From positions 1,240,001-1,304,000 of the forward strand of contig JBHGNT010000003.1 of the NCBI GenBank assembly GCA_043228905.1: a stretch of DNA of 64,000 nucleotides, written 5' to 3'. This DNA is from Azolla caroliniana. Its lineage: Eukaryota; Plantae; Polypodiophyta. Every line of letters begins with the position of its first letter. Position 1 is the stretch's first letter. The notes under the pieces are model-generated. The model was not told the DNA's origin. It made no database searches and saw only the letters and a list, made by a program, of their open reading frames with translations. Below, piece by piece: positions 14,551 through 25,495 of this stretch. Position numbers and translations under genes: made by a program.

Positions 14551-15744
14551 CATACATCCATATATGAGCCATACACATACTAAACATGAAAATACCCTGA
14601 AAAGATACATAAATACATTACATATTACATATATACACATACATGCATTCATACATGAACATACATATATTCATTCATACATTGCTACACATACATACGT
14701 ACACATGCCTGCAATGATACATTTATAAATGTTACCAACTTACATCCATACATGTACATACATGCATGCATACATACAATACAAATGTACATACCTACAC
14801 ACATAAATATGTGCATATGTGTATATATGTATGTGGTGCGTGTTGTATGTGTGTGTGTGTATATATTGTATTGTATGCATGAATACACACACATAACACA
14901 TACACACGCGCCATACATAGAATACATACATATGCACATGTAAAGAACACACACATACACATGCCATACACACAATACATACAACACATGCAATACAATA
15001 CAATATGTACATACACACACATACATATATACACCTGCAATACAATACATACATAGACACATGCTATATATACAATACATAATACATACATATGTATATG
15101 TAGAAATATAAAACACACACACACACACACACACATAACACATACGTATATAGACACATGCTACACATATGATACATACAATACATACATACATATGCAT
15201 ATATAGAAAATACACACACACACTAACATTAACACATACATAAGTAGACCCATGTTATACATACAAATTTACAATACATATATGTATAAGCACATCTATA
15301 GAACACGTGTGCACACACACACACACACACATGTTGTACATACAATACATACATACGCACATGCCATATACACAATACACACATAAGCACATGCATAGAA
15401 CATACACAATTACTCATATAGTAGATACATACATATACACATGGCATACATACAACACATGCAATATAATACATACATATGCACACACACCAAATATGCA
15501 TACATATGTAAGGCACATGTGTACATAAATACACACACACACTACAACATTATTTTTAAAACACGTGACAGAGTCCTGCTAATTGTTTCAAAAAAAAGGG
15601 GTAAGAAAAGGGGGAGGGGGATTACATTCGTGTTTTAGCAAAAAATGGGGGGGGAGAGAATGAAAGGGAGGGGAGTATACATATTTTGATGTGGGACAAG
15701 AAAGAGGGGAGAGACAAAGATAGAGACAGAGACAGATCGAAGCC

Positions 15745-16247
15745 GTGGCGGAAACTCAGCGGCCACAACGACAGGCTCACCTCCATTTCTTGCCCCATCA
15801 TCGATGGGTACATGATCGTCTCTACTTCTCAAGACAAGTCTCTTGTGGTGTGGTCCCTCACCCGAGACGAAAACTATGGCTATACGAAGAAATGTCTCAC
15901 AGGTCATGGTCACTTCGTATAAGATGTTTTCATCTCTTCCGATAGGAAATTTGCTCTATAAGGGAGCTGGGAGGGAGAGCTTCATCTGTGGAATCTCTAC
16001 TCCGGTGCCACAAACCGCCGATTCACTGGACACTCTAAAGACACTCTGCGAACAATCGTCAGATCGTTTCCACGTCGAGGGATCGATTCATCAAGCTTTG
16101 GAACACTCTCGGCGAGTGCAACTATACTATCCAAGATGGAGATGCACACACCGGTTGGGTATCATGGTTAATTCTCACATGTTACCGCAAATCCTATCAT
16201 GGTTTCTAGTTCCTGGGACAAATATGTGGTGTGGAACCTTAATAACC
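15745..16247 (+). pseudogene. RACK1: Captured 5' fragment of RACK1 (WD40 receptor for activated C kinase)
   Basis: Reconstructed (M)[91 protein letters not shown] follows plant RACK1 WD1-WD4; stops and deletions. Confidence 0.9.
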
Positions 16248-18745
16248 TTAAATCACCCGCTAATTACAACAACAATAGGTCATAGTTGGGAGCTCCTCCA
16301 CACAAAGGAATATTATGTGCAAATCCATCCATGCTATTGCAAGTGTGTTGATATAAAAAGTTCGACATTATGGGTTGTATGTACGGTTGTTTGTTGTAAT
16401 CATGTTGTGTAGTTTTTCTCCTCCTAATAATTTTTCCATCGGTATGGTTTTTTTATGCATCAAACATTAAGAAATATGCATTTTTGTTGAAAGGATTGTC
16501 GATTTTGGGTCAGATATTGAAATAATTTTATTTATACTTGCAAGTTGGGAAACTGTGGAAAAAGGGATCAACCAAATAATTATCCAAAAGTTGTTGTCGC
16601 ATGCAGGTAATGACATGCTTGTTTAATGTGTTTTGTGAGCATTTTGTTTATGCTTTCACTTCAAAAGTTTCATTGTTTGATACAATCATAAAATGTAGTT
16701 CTTGAAGAATTTTAAACTGGGATTTTTGTTTTGGAATGATTCTCAACACTCATAGGTGTGGCTATCATTTGGGCCTATGCATGCCTCCTTATAGTAATGG
16801 GAGCCTACAAACATGCCTTTGATGTTATTGCTTCCAACTGCTAGATTGGTCGAGCGTCATTGGTTGTTTCATCACCTTGGTAATTTGAGCCATATTGATT
16901 GTTTCTTTTGTTCATTGTACAATATAACAACATTTTTGAAGTGTGGGCAATTAGATAGAGTCACCCTTTGAAACTCAATAAATATAAGTGATGTGCATGT
17001 ATATCTCAATGTTATCTATTTTTGGGCAAGGAAGAACATGTAAGGGCATGATGTAACACGATGGTGAATAACACTTACATCAATGTGTTACTCAAGGATA
17101 AATATTGGATACACATTTTTGGTGATATAAAATCATTGTTCCTCTACCGATTCTCTTTTAGTAATTCCTAGTTATATATTGCAAGTTATATGTATCTAAG
17201 TTGATATTTAGATGGAACATCAAGGTTGCCAAAATTGTGAATTTAGTTTAATTTTGAATTTCTAAGCTTCACATTCCTTATACTCTTCAATGGGGTGCTT
17301 CGATGTTTCATGCAAGTCATATGGTCGGCATGATGGTTGCGGTGCTAGTTTCCATGGTTGAGGTAAATTTGTCATGTTGAAGTATGTTACCAATACAAGA
17401 GGCATAATTGAAACTCTATTTTGGTTTTATTTTGTTGTGAATTGGATACACGAATTCCCACAATGTGTTTATTTCATTATGTAACAGTTAATTTGTCAAG
17501 ACCAAACCTATCTACGATAAATATTGTTGTTGAGACCAAATCTTTCAGATTAGATGTTCTTGAATCTAAACCTTTGTGGGTTCCATAGCTTACTTGCTAT
17601 GTTTCTTTTGTAGAGAGATTAATGGCTATGGCTATGGAAGAGATGTTTAAAGGTTAAAAGTATTGTGTGTGGTTGCATTGTAGGAGCTTAAGGACTTAAA
17701 TGTTGAAGTTTTCTTAGAGAAAAACTCGGTATGTGTTTGTTTTGTCATTGTAGCAACTTCATGCAGTGAAGTTCTTTCTCAAGTTGAATGTTGTGAATTA
17801 TTCTTGCACATCACATGGTACATTCTTGTTATGATATATCTTCTGTTTGATATATCGTTTTTCACTTCCATGAAACCATGATATATGCAATGTTACATAG
17901 GCATGTCAAAGAAGATGGCATTGAGTGTGATCCTATTCTTTGAACGAAGGTGGTGTGAAGACGCACATACTCTCCACGCTCACATACATGCAAATATATA
18001 TACAAACAAGCAAACATACATACATACAACAAACACATTCTAAACAAAAGAAATGTAGAAAGGGAAAACAAAAAATACAAAATGAAGAACAAAATAAATA
18101 AATGCTTGTTAAAAAAAGTAAAAACAAAAAGTAAACACGTTACAAAATGATTGTATGTGAGCGATGCCAATAGTGACGAGTTTTGGCATCACTACCAACC
18201 TATTATATTGTGACATGTATAGAATACACATTCACATAGATCTAACATGCACATACATAGACACATAGACACATGGCATAATACAATACATACAACACAT
18301 GCAATACAATACAATACAATACATACATACATACATACATAAACATGGAATACAATATAGTACATGCATACATACACATGCAATACAATACAATACAATA
18401 CATAAACATGGAATACAACACAATACATACATACATACACATGCAATACATACACACATAACATATACATACATACATACAACCATGCATAAAATATGCC
18501 CAACACATTCAAATAATACAATGCATATTTATATACATCTATAGGATATACATGTGTTTTTCTATGTAAGGGTATTTAAAATAGTTGTTGTCAAAATATA
18601 TATTGACAATAAGGGGTATTTTTATTAATCGTTTTTTTACAAAAGGGTTCTAAAATAGTGAAAAAACATATGTATAAGGGGTTTATAAAAGATATCTTGA
18701 ACGCACGTGATACAACCTCTTTAAATATAGTGGAGCCCCCGGGTG

Positions 18746-20934
18746 CGTACATGACTAAGGTGGCGGAAGTGCGTGAGCCGGAGAGCTACGCAGAAGCGGC
18801 AAAGGACGCAAATTGGCGTGCCGCTATGGAGGAAGAAATGCAGGCACTAGATGCCAACGAGACATGGGACCTGGTTGACCCTCCCCGTCACTGCAAACCG
18901 ATCGAATGCAAGTGGGTGTACAAGGTAAAGTACAACACCGACGGTTCAGTTAACCGGTACAAGGCCCGGTTAGTGGTGAAGGGATACACGCAAACCCACG
19001 GAATCAACTACGAAGAGACCTTCGCTCCTGTAGCGAAGATGACGACGGTTCGAGTGGTGCTGGTGGTTGCTGCGGCAAGGGGGTGGCATCTTCATCAGAT
19101 GGATGTGAAGAATGCATTTCTTGAAGGTGATCTTGAAGAAGAAGTCTTTATGACTCAGCCTCCCGGCTTTCAATCAGAGATGAACAAGTCGGCGGTATGC
19201 CGGCTGAAGAAGTCGTTGTACGGCCTGAAGCAAGCCCCTCGAGCTTGGAATGCGAAGATCACGCACCGATTGCGTAAGATGGGGTTTGTGGCCTCCAAAT
19301 CGGACTCTTCATTGTTCATCCGGCAAGGCTCAGCCAGTCCGGTATGTATACTGTTGTATGTTGATGATCTAGTCATCACCGGACCAGGTGCTCCGGAAAT
19401 CAACCGCGTCAAGTCCCAATTGTCGGACGCATTTGAGATGAAGGACTTGGGGGGCCTTCATTACTTCCTAGGGATCGAGGTGATCCACACCCTCGACGGC
19501 ATATTGCTTTCACAACGGCATTACGCGTTGAATATGTTGTATAAGTTCTGCATGATAGAATGCCGACCTGTCTCCACACCCTTAGATCGGAATCAAAAGC
19601 TACGTCCCAACTCCGGACCGGCCTGCAACGAGCAACGGTTCCGACAGATTGTCGGAAGCCTTATTTACTTGACTATCACGCGACCCGACATCAGCTATCC
19701 GGTTGGAATGATAAATCAGTTCATGCAACAGCCGACCGTGGAGCACCTTCAATGCATGCAACAGATATTACGGTATGTCAACGGCACGAAGGACCGGGGA
19801 CTGTTATACCGGTGAGGTATAACAGAAGAGCTCGTCGGGTACACGGATGCCGACTGGGCCGGCGATGCATCAGATCGCCGATCAACCTCTGGTTACATGT
19901 TTTCCCTAGGTAGCGTGGTTGTTGCATGGAGCAGCAAAAAGCAGCCAATAGTTGCTCTGTCGAGCACTGAGGTTGAGTACCGGGGCGCGACCGTGGCTAC
20001 TTGCGAAGCCATTTGGCTTCGCCGACTGCTCCGAGACTTGGGGATCGAGGTATCGACCCCGATCCCGATTTATTGTGATAACATCAGCAGCATGTAGCTC
20101 GCCAAGAACCCTGTGTTCCATGCTCGCACGAAGCACATAGAAGTGCATTATCATTTTGTGCGTGAGCGGGTCTTGAGCGGTGAAGTTGAACTTCGGTATG
20201 TTCACATGGATCGGCACGTTGCCGACATCTTCACCAAGCCGCTCGGATCGGACAAGTTACAACACTTCACCGACATGCTTGGTGTTCAGCATCTCGACGT
20301 GCCGCACTTGAGGGGGAGAAGCTGGGGCCAAGAAACTACTGAAACGGGCAAAGGCAAAGAAATTGTTGAACCCGTCGGTAAGAGAAGAACCAGAAGAAGG
20401 GGAGACAAGAAGAAGAAAGAAGCCGAGTTGACGAAGGAAGTCGACACATCCGAACAAGTCGGAACGAGCGGCAGTGGTGGCAAGGTCAAGGAGGATCGAG
20501 CCAACCGGAAGGAGGAAGAAGTGTGCACTCAGGAAGAGAAGTGCATGCTATGCGGAGGTCACCATGACGGAAGTGACCATGGTGCGGAGTCAAATACAGA
20601 ATTTGACTTCGGTGAACCGGCTGAAGAAGCCGAAGATGGAAGCAAGGCCAAGACACGGACGTGGTCCGATGTGGTGAAGGGTCTGAAACTGGTAGACGAA
20701 TCGGAGAATACCGATTCGGACAAGAGCTGGAACGAGTCGGAGACAACCGACTCAGATCAACAGACAGATCCGGATGAATCGAATCAACTGAAGGCCAAGG
20801 AGACACGGACGCAGCGGAAGTCGATGCCATCGCGGAGGAACCGACGGATCGGCAAGCACCGGAGTCATAGCAGCGAAGGAGCTGAGATGGGCCTATTGAG
20901 CAGACATGCCGACCGAGAAGGTCGAGGCGCGTAG
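18746..20934 (+). pseudogene. Copia B RT-RNaseH with long in-frame C-terminal tail
   Basis: [54 protein letters not shown]; stops at 19813 and 20095. Confidence 0.93.
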
Positions 20935-21704
20935 AACCAAAGGGGTCGCGGCAAACGGGACCGGACCGGACGAGGAGCGCGAGCAAGGCGGAGCGACGCC
21001 AAGAAAAGTCGGTTGGTAGAACCGTCTACCACAGACATTGACACTACTATCCTACCTCAGGTTGAGCTTGAGGGGGAGTGTTGAGCGGCAAGCTCAACTA
21101 GAGCCGGATCAGCTGAATAAGCTTGAGCCGGTAAGCGAGACGGATTGGTATGACAGTGAGCAACCGAGCCGGCAAACAACAGAGCCGATGAGCTGGGGAG
21201 CCGGTTAGCCGGATCCAATCGGTAACCGGGAGCCTAGTGTTAAGTTTAGACTACTAGGCAGTTATAGTCTCGTAGTAAGTGTCAAATGCTCGTGTGAGCA
21301 TTGAAGTACACGATACTTCTGTCGGTTCCATGAGGACTTGTATAAATAACATTGGTAAGAGAATTGTATGTACAAAGAACATTTCATATAATTTTGAATT
21401 AACGTTCTGCTCTCTCTCTCTGTCTCTCCCGCGTACTCTCTCTCTCACTCTGCGTTTCCTGTGTTTCTATTTTACCGCTTCCACAAACATATACGTTTTC
21501 ACTAGGCTCCACCACAATCACGCACACCTTCTATGTACTTCCACATCAATTGTTCCCACTCACACTCGGATGTGATTGGTTCATCAAGAGCAGGGCCCAA
21601 CTCGATTTCCATACGCGTCGCCTCACATTACCACAAGCAAGTTCAGTTCCCCTGTTCACAAGCAAATGCAACCAACAAATCAGCAATGCACAGGTAGCAT
21701 TAAG

Positions 21705-22647
21705 TGTTGGGAGACAGGTCCCTCCGGATGGGAAGGGAGAAGAACAGTGCTGATGAGCAAACTCGGCCGAGGCCGATAGGCCTCGGCCGAATCCGGATGA
21801 GGAGTACCCGGCTTCGGAGAGCCGGATGGTGCAGACCCGGTGAGAACCGGATGAGGAGTACCCGGCTACGGAGAGCCGGATGGAGCAGACCCGGTGAGAA
21901 CCGGATGAGGAGTAAACGGTTATGGAGAGCCGGATGGTGCAGACCCAGTGAGAACCGGATGAGGAGTACCCGGCTTCGGAGAGCCGAATGGTGCAGACCC
22001 GGTGAGAACCGGATGAGGAGTACCCGGTTACGGAGAGCCGGATGGAGCAGACCCGGTGAGAACCGGATGAGGAGTACCTGGTTACGGAGAGCCGGATGGT
22101 GCAGACCCGGTGAGAACCAGATGAGGAGTACCCGGCTACGGAGAGCCGGATGGTGCAGACCCGGTGAGGAGTGCTCACCGGATGGAGAGACATATTTGTA
22201 AATATGTTTCTGAGAGTCCATCGAGGCTATATTTGTAAATAGCCGAAAAGTCATATTAGTATAAATATGACTTAGGGAAAACTCATTGTGTGCGATGTAG
22301 AGTTGTTGTCATTCTTTGTTGGTGAAAAGAGAGAGAGAGCGCGTAACAGTGTATAGAAAGAGAGAGAGAGAGAAAAAGGTCGTTGCCTCTGTTGTAACCG
22401 CCGCCTGTGGCGAAGATCGTGAGCACGAGGTCGTTGCCTCCGTGAACTCACTGTTGTACATTCTAACATAGTGATAGCTTGCAGCCTGTGGGCTGTCGTG
22501 GTTTTTCCCTTAGTTTGGGTTTTCCACGTAAACATCCTGTGTACTCTTCTCTTCTTCGTGTCGTGCATTATTTCCCGTTTTCTGTGTATGATTCTAAGCT
22601 CGGTTGTGGCCGAGCGTTGCGCATAAGGAGCGTTCTAGTTCCCGTCA
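21705..22647 (+). mobile_element. Solo LTR (943 bp) in Gypsy A between PR and RT
   Basis: TG..CA termini; 5-bp TSD TTAAG (21700-21704, 22648-22652); same-family fragment inverted at 48647-48841. Confidence 0.9.
21793..22168. repeat. 7 x 54-bp GC-rich tandem repeat in the solo LTR
   Basis: Unit CCGGATGAGGAGTACCCGGYTWCGGAGAGCCGGATGGWGCAGACCCGGTGAGAA at 21793, 21847, 21901, 21955, 22009, 22063, 22117. Confidence 0.95.
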
Positions 22648-23125
22648 TTAAGCAAGGAGGTTCGCCTAAATGATGTTCACAAGATTGTAGCTCAATACCC
22701 CGAGCTAATCAACTCATCTGACAAGCCCACTACAGTCTCATTCCCGGTCCAACATGTCATTCAACACAGGAAGCACAACACCTGTCCGGACAGTAGCAAG
22801 ACGACATTCTCCTTTAGATCATGCATGCATTGACCAAGCGGTGAATGAGATGCTTAAAAAGGGGATCATCTCACCCTCACATAGTGATTGGGTATCAGAG
22901 CCACACATGGTCAAAAAAGATGATGGCACATACCGATTTTGTGTTGACTTTCGCAAGCTCAATCAAGTTACCATCCATGACCTTTACCTTCTGCCGCGAA
23001 TAGATGACCTCTTGGACCAGTTGGGATGCTCCAAGTACTTCACCTCTATCAATCTTGCGGCCGGATATTGGCAAATCCCAATGGACCCAAGAGATGCACA
23101 TAAGACAGCTTTTAGAACGCGCAGA

Positions 23126-25495
23126 TGTTGTCCAAAGGACAGAAATGTAAAATTAGGAAACTAGCAGACGCCGAGTCCGAGTATCACGGGCCACCAAGGG
23201 CTCGGCTGTGTGTAAGGGGAAAAGTTATTTAAACGAGGAATAGTACCTCAGAAAGGGGGAGAAGAAAATTATAGGCGGAAGCACTAGCTTAGTCATTCGA
23301 ATTAGATAAACTTGTAAGGTCACTGGCCATAGGCCGTGTTCTGTAATCCTTTCTGCCATAGTAATACATCTTATTTGTGCATATTTTGGTTGCATGATTC
23401 TGTGTTTCGATCTATACCTATGAGTTTCACGTTGCCACGTCTATCAAAACCTCGCTAGTGTTTTCTCTCTGAACCCTGTATCTCTCTTGACGCCTCTGTA
23501 CGAGCCTTCACGTACCACGCCCTTGAAGATCGATAGTCGCAGATCTATCGAAGGTGTTCGCCCAAAGGAACGGGTAACACAATTTGGCACGCCCAGACAG
23601 AACCCCCGCTCCGGGATTACCGTGCAGAGCTTAAAGAAGAGCAACGACGAACCGAGAGACACGAGCAACGACATCAAGAGGCGATGGCTCGCCTAAAAGA
23701 AGAAGCTTCCAAGCAGATGGCCGAGATAAGGGCCCAGGCCAACCAAAGGATACACGAGCAACACGAAGCATTGGGCCGGGTACAAGCGTAAGTCGTGGCC
23801 AAGGAAGCCGAACTCAAAAGCAAGCTGGAGGAATACGCAGCCACAGTAGTGAAGAAAGAGACGGAGGTTCTAGACCTACAGGCCGCGCTCGACAATGCCC
23901 ACGACTGGAACCAGCGGTAGGAGGAAAGAAATCGCGAACGGGAGGAGAGGATGAACACGGAGAATGCCGAGCTGCAGAGTCAGCGTACGACCCTTAAAGA
24001 GATGGCTGACGAGTTTTTCATCAAGTGCAAGCTACTTTCCGAGCAAAAAGAGGCCTTATCAGATTCCTACTTCTCCCTACAAGAAGAGAGAATCGTTGAA
24101 CGGGAACAAATCTGGGCCACGTGTCAGAAAGAACGGGAGCAGGCCACCGAAGAACTCACGAAGCGTTACGAGCAGGCTCTCCAGCTCATAACCGCGGATG
24201 CAAAGAACAGTCAGACCATCTATGAGCTAAAGACACAGAAGATTCAGGCCGAGGTCGACGGCTTAAAACAGGAATTAGCAACCATCCGAGCACAGCCCGG
24301 CATGGATGAGACACGCATCCGCATACTGCTCGAGAAACAGCGCCAGCACCTCACCAAAAAGGTCGAGGAAACATTAAGTCACGCAGGAGACGAATGGGCA
24401 GCCCAAGCTGCTGGATTGCATATTTTACGCGCCGACGCTGAGAACCGACGGAAGGAGGGCCGCGACTTTTACAAAATGGACAAAGCCAGCATTCAAAATC
24501 TGCGTGTAGATTTAACCGAGGATTACCAGTCCTTGGCAAAATCTCACACTGCGGCAATCGAGCAAATAATGGAGGACTTCAATGACGGTCAGATGTTGTT
24601 TCGCTTGGAAGCAGAAGCCTTCGAACGAGAATGACTCGCTGCCATCCCCACCAGCCCTCCAACGGCCACAGAGCAGAAAGAAGAACCTCCCAGCGAGGAG
24701 ATCACGAACACGGCACAAGAGGAACTTGCCTCGACCAACGGACATCCCATGGACGTCCACACGGTACCAGAGCCTGTCGAAGGAGAGGCCAGCGCCCACG
24801 AACCCACACCCCCACCAGAAGAATCGACCGCACCCGAGGCGAACGGCCGAGAAGATATGCCACCCTCGAACCAAAATCAACCCCCCGCACCAACAGTCCA
24901 ACCAGACCACCCTGCCGCCACCCCGGACCCCGAAAGCATTTTTGAAACGAGTATCACGCCTAAAAGGCCATTTTTGTAATATTGTTAGCATTTTGAAGGT
25001 TGTGGGTCCGACGGACAAGGTCCTGTCCCATGGGCGTGCCGGGTGTTGTCCAGAGGACAGAAATGTAAAATTAGGAAACTAGCAGACGTTGAGTGAGTAT
25101 CACGGGCCACCAAGGGCTCGGCTGTGTGTAAGGGGAAAAGTTATTTAAACGAGGAATAGTACCTCAAAAAGGGGGAGAAGAAAATTATAGGCGGAAGCAC
25201 TAGCTTAGTCATTCGAATTAGATAAACTTGTAAGGTCACCAACCATAGGCCGTGTTCTGTAATCCTTTCTGCCATAGTAATACATCTTATTTGTGCCTAT
25301 TTTGGTTGCATGATTCTGTGTTTCAATCTATACCTATGAGTTTCACGTCACCATGTCTATCAAAACCTCGCTAGTGTTTTCTCTTTGAACCCTGTATCTC
25401 TCTCGACGCCTCTGTACGAGCCTTCACGTACCACGCCCTTGAAGACCGATAGTCGCAGATCTATCGAAGGTGTTCGCCCAAAGGAACGGGTAACA
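23126..25495 (+). mobile_element. 2.37-kb non-autonomous LTR element E (tRNA-Arg PBS of Tat/Ogre type) inserted in the Gypsy A RT
   Basis: LTRs 23126-23579 and 25044-25495; TSD GCAGA; PBS TGGCACGCCCAG 23585-23596; no gag/pol motifs; no PPT. Confidence 0.93.
23612..24979 (+). pseudogene. Element E ORF: long coiled coil plus Pro/Glu/Thr-rich disordered tail (about 450 codons, apparently 5'-truncated)
   Basis: One frame RDYRAELKEEQRR...MARLKEEASKQ...MNTENAELQ...PESIFETSITPKRPFL*, broken only by stops at 23789, 23918 and 24632. Confidence 0.75.

Larger units (their letters stand above)
12225..18745. mobile_element. 6.5-kb non-autonomous TIR DNA transposon C (Pack-type) inside Copia B
   Basis: TIRs CACTCGGGGGCTTCACTGT / ATAGTGGAGCCCCCGGGTG; TSD CGTA (4 bp) or TGCGTACA (8 bp, element then 12227-18743); excision restores Copia frame HHYAY|MTKVAEVREPESY; long (ACAT/AC/AT)n tracts; no transposase seen. 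Confidence 0.9.
9026..21501 (+). mobile_element. Ty1/copia LTR retrotransposon B inserted in the Gypsy A protease
   Basis: LTRs 9026-9396 and 21079-21501; 5-bp TSD CTAGG; PBS TGGAATCAGAGC (Met-i type, 1 mismatch) 9397-9408; PPT GAGGGGGAG 21070-21078. Confidence 0.96.

Noticed and set aside
12389-15638. Many C/V/Y/M- or H/T/I-rich ORFs (also 17862-18544)
   Set aside because: Translations of (AC/AT/ACAT)n low-complexity DNA, open in several frames on both strands
18658-18745. N-terminal MKKHMYKG.. extension of the RT ORF
   Set aside because: It is the right end of transposon C, in frame by chance
21546-22254. ORFs with 18-aa repeats; CRISPR-like regular spacing
   Set aside because: Head-to-tail 54-bp repeat with no unique spacers inside a solo LTR; 54 is divisible by 3, so several frames stay open
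24940-25043. A complete tRNA gene inside element E
   Set aside because: Only a 3'-half-like sequence is recognisable, with no convincing D-arm or anticodon arm; reported as a finding, not a tRNA feature
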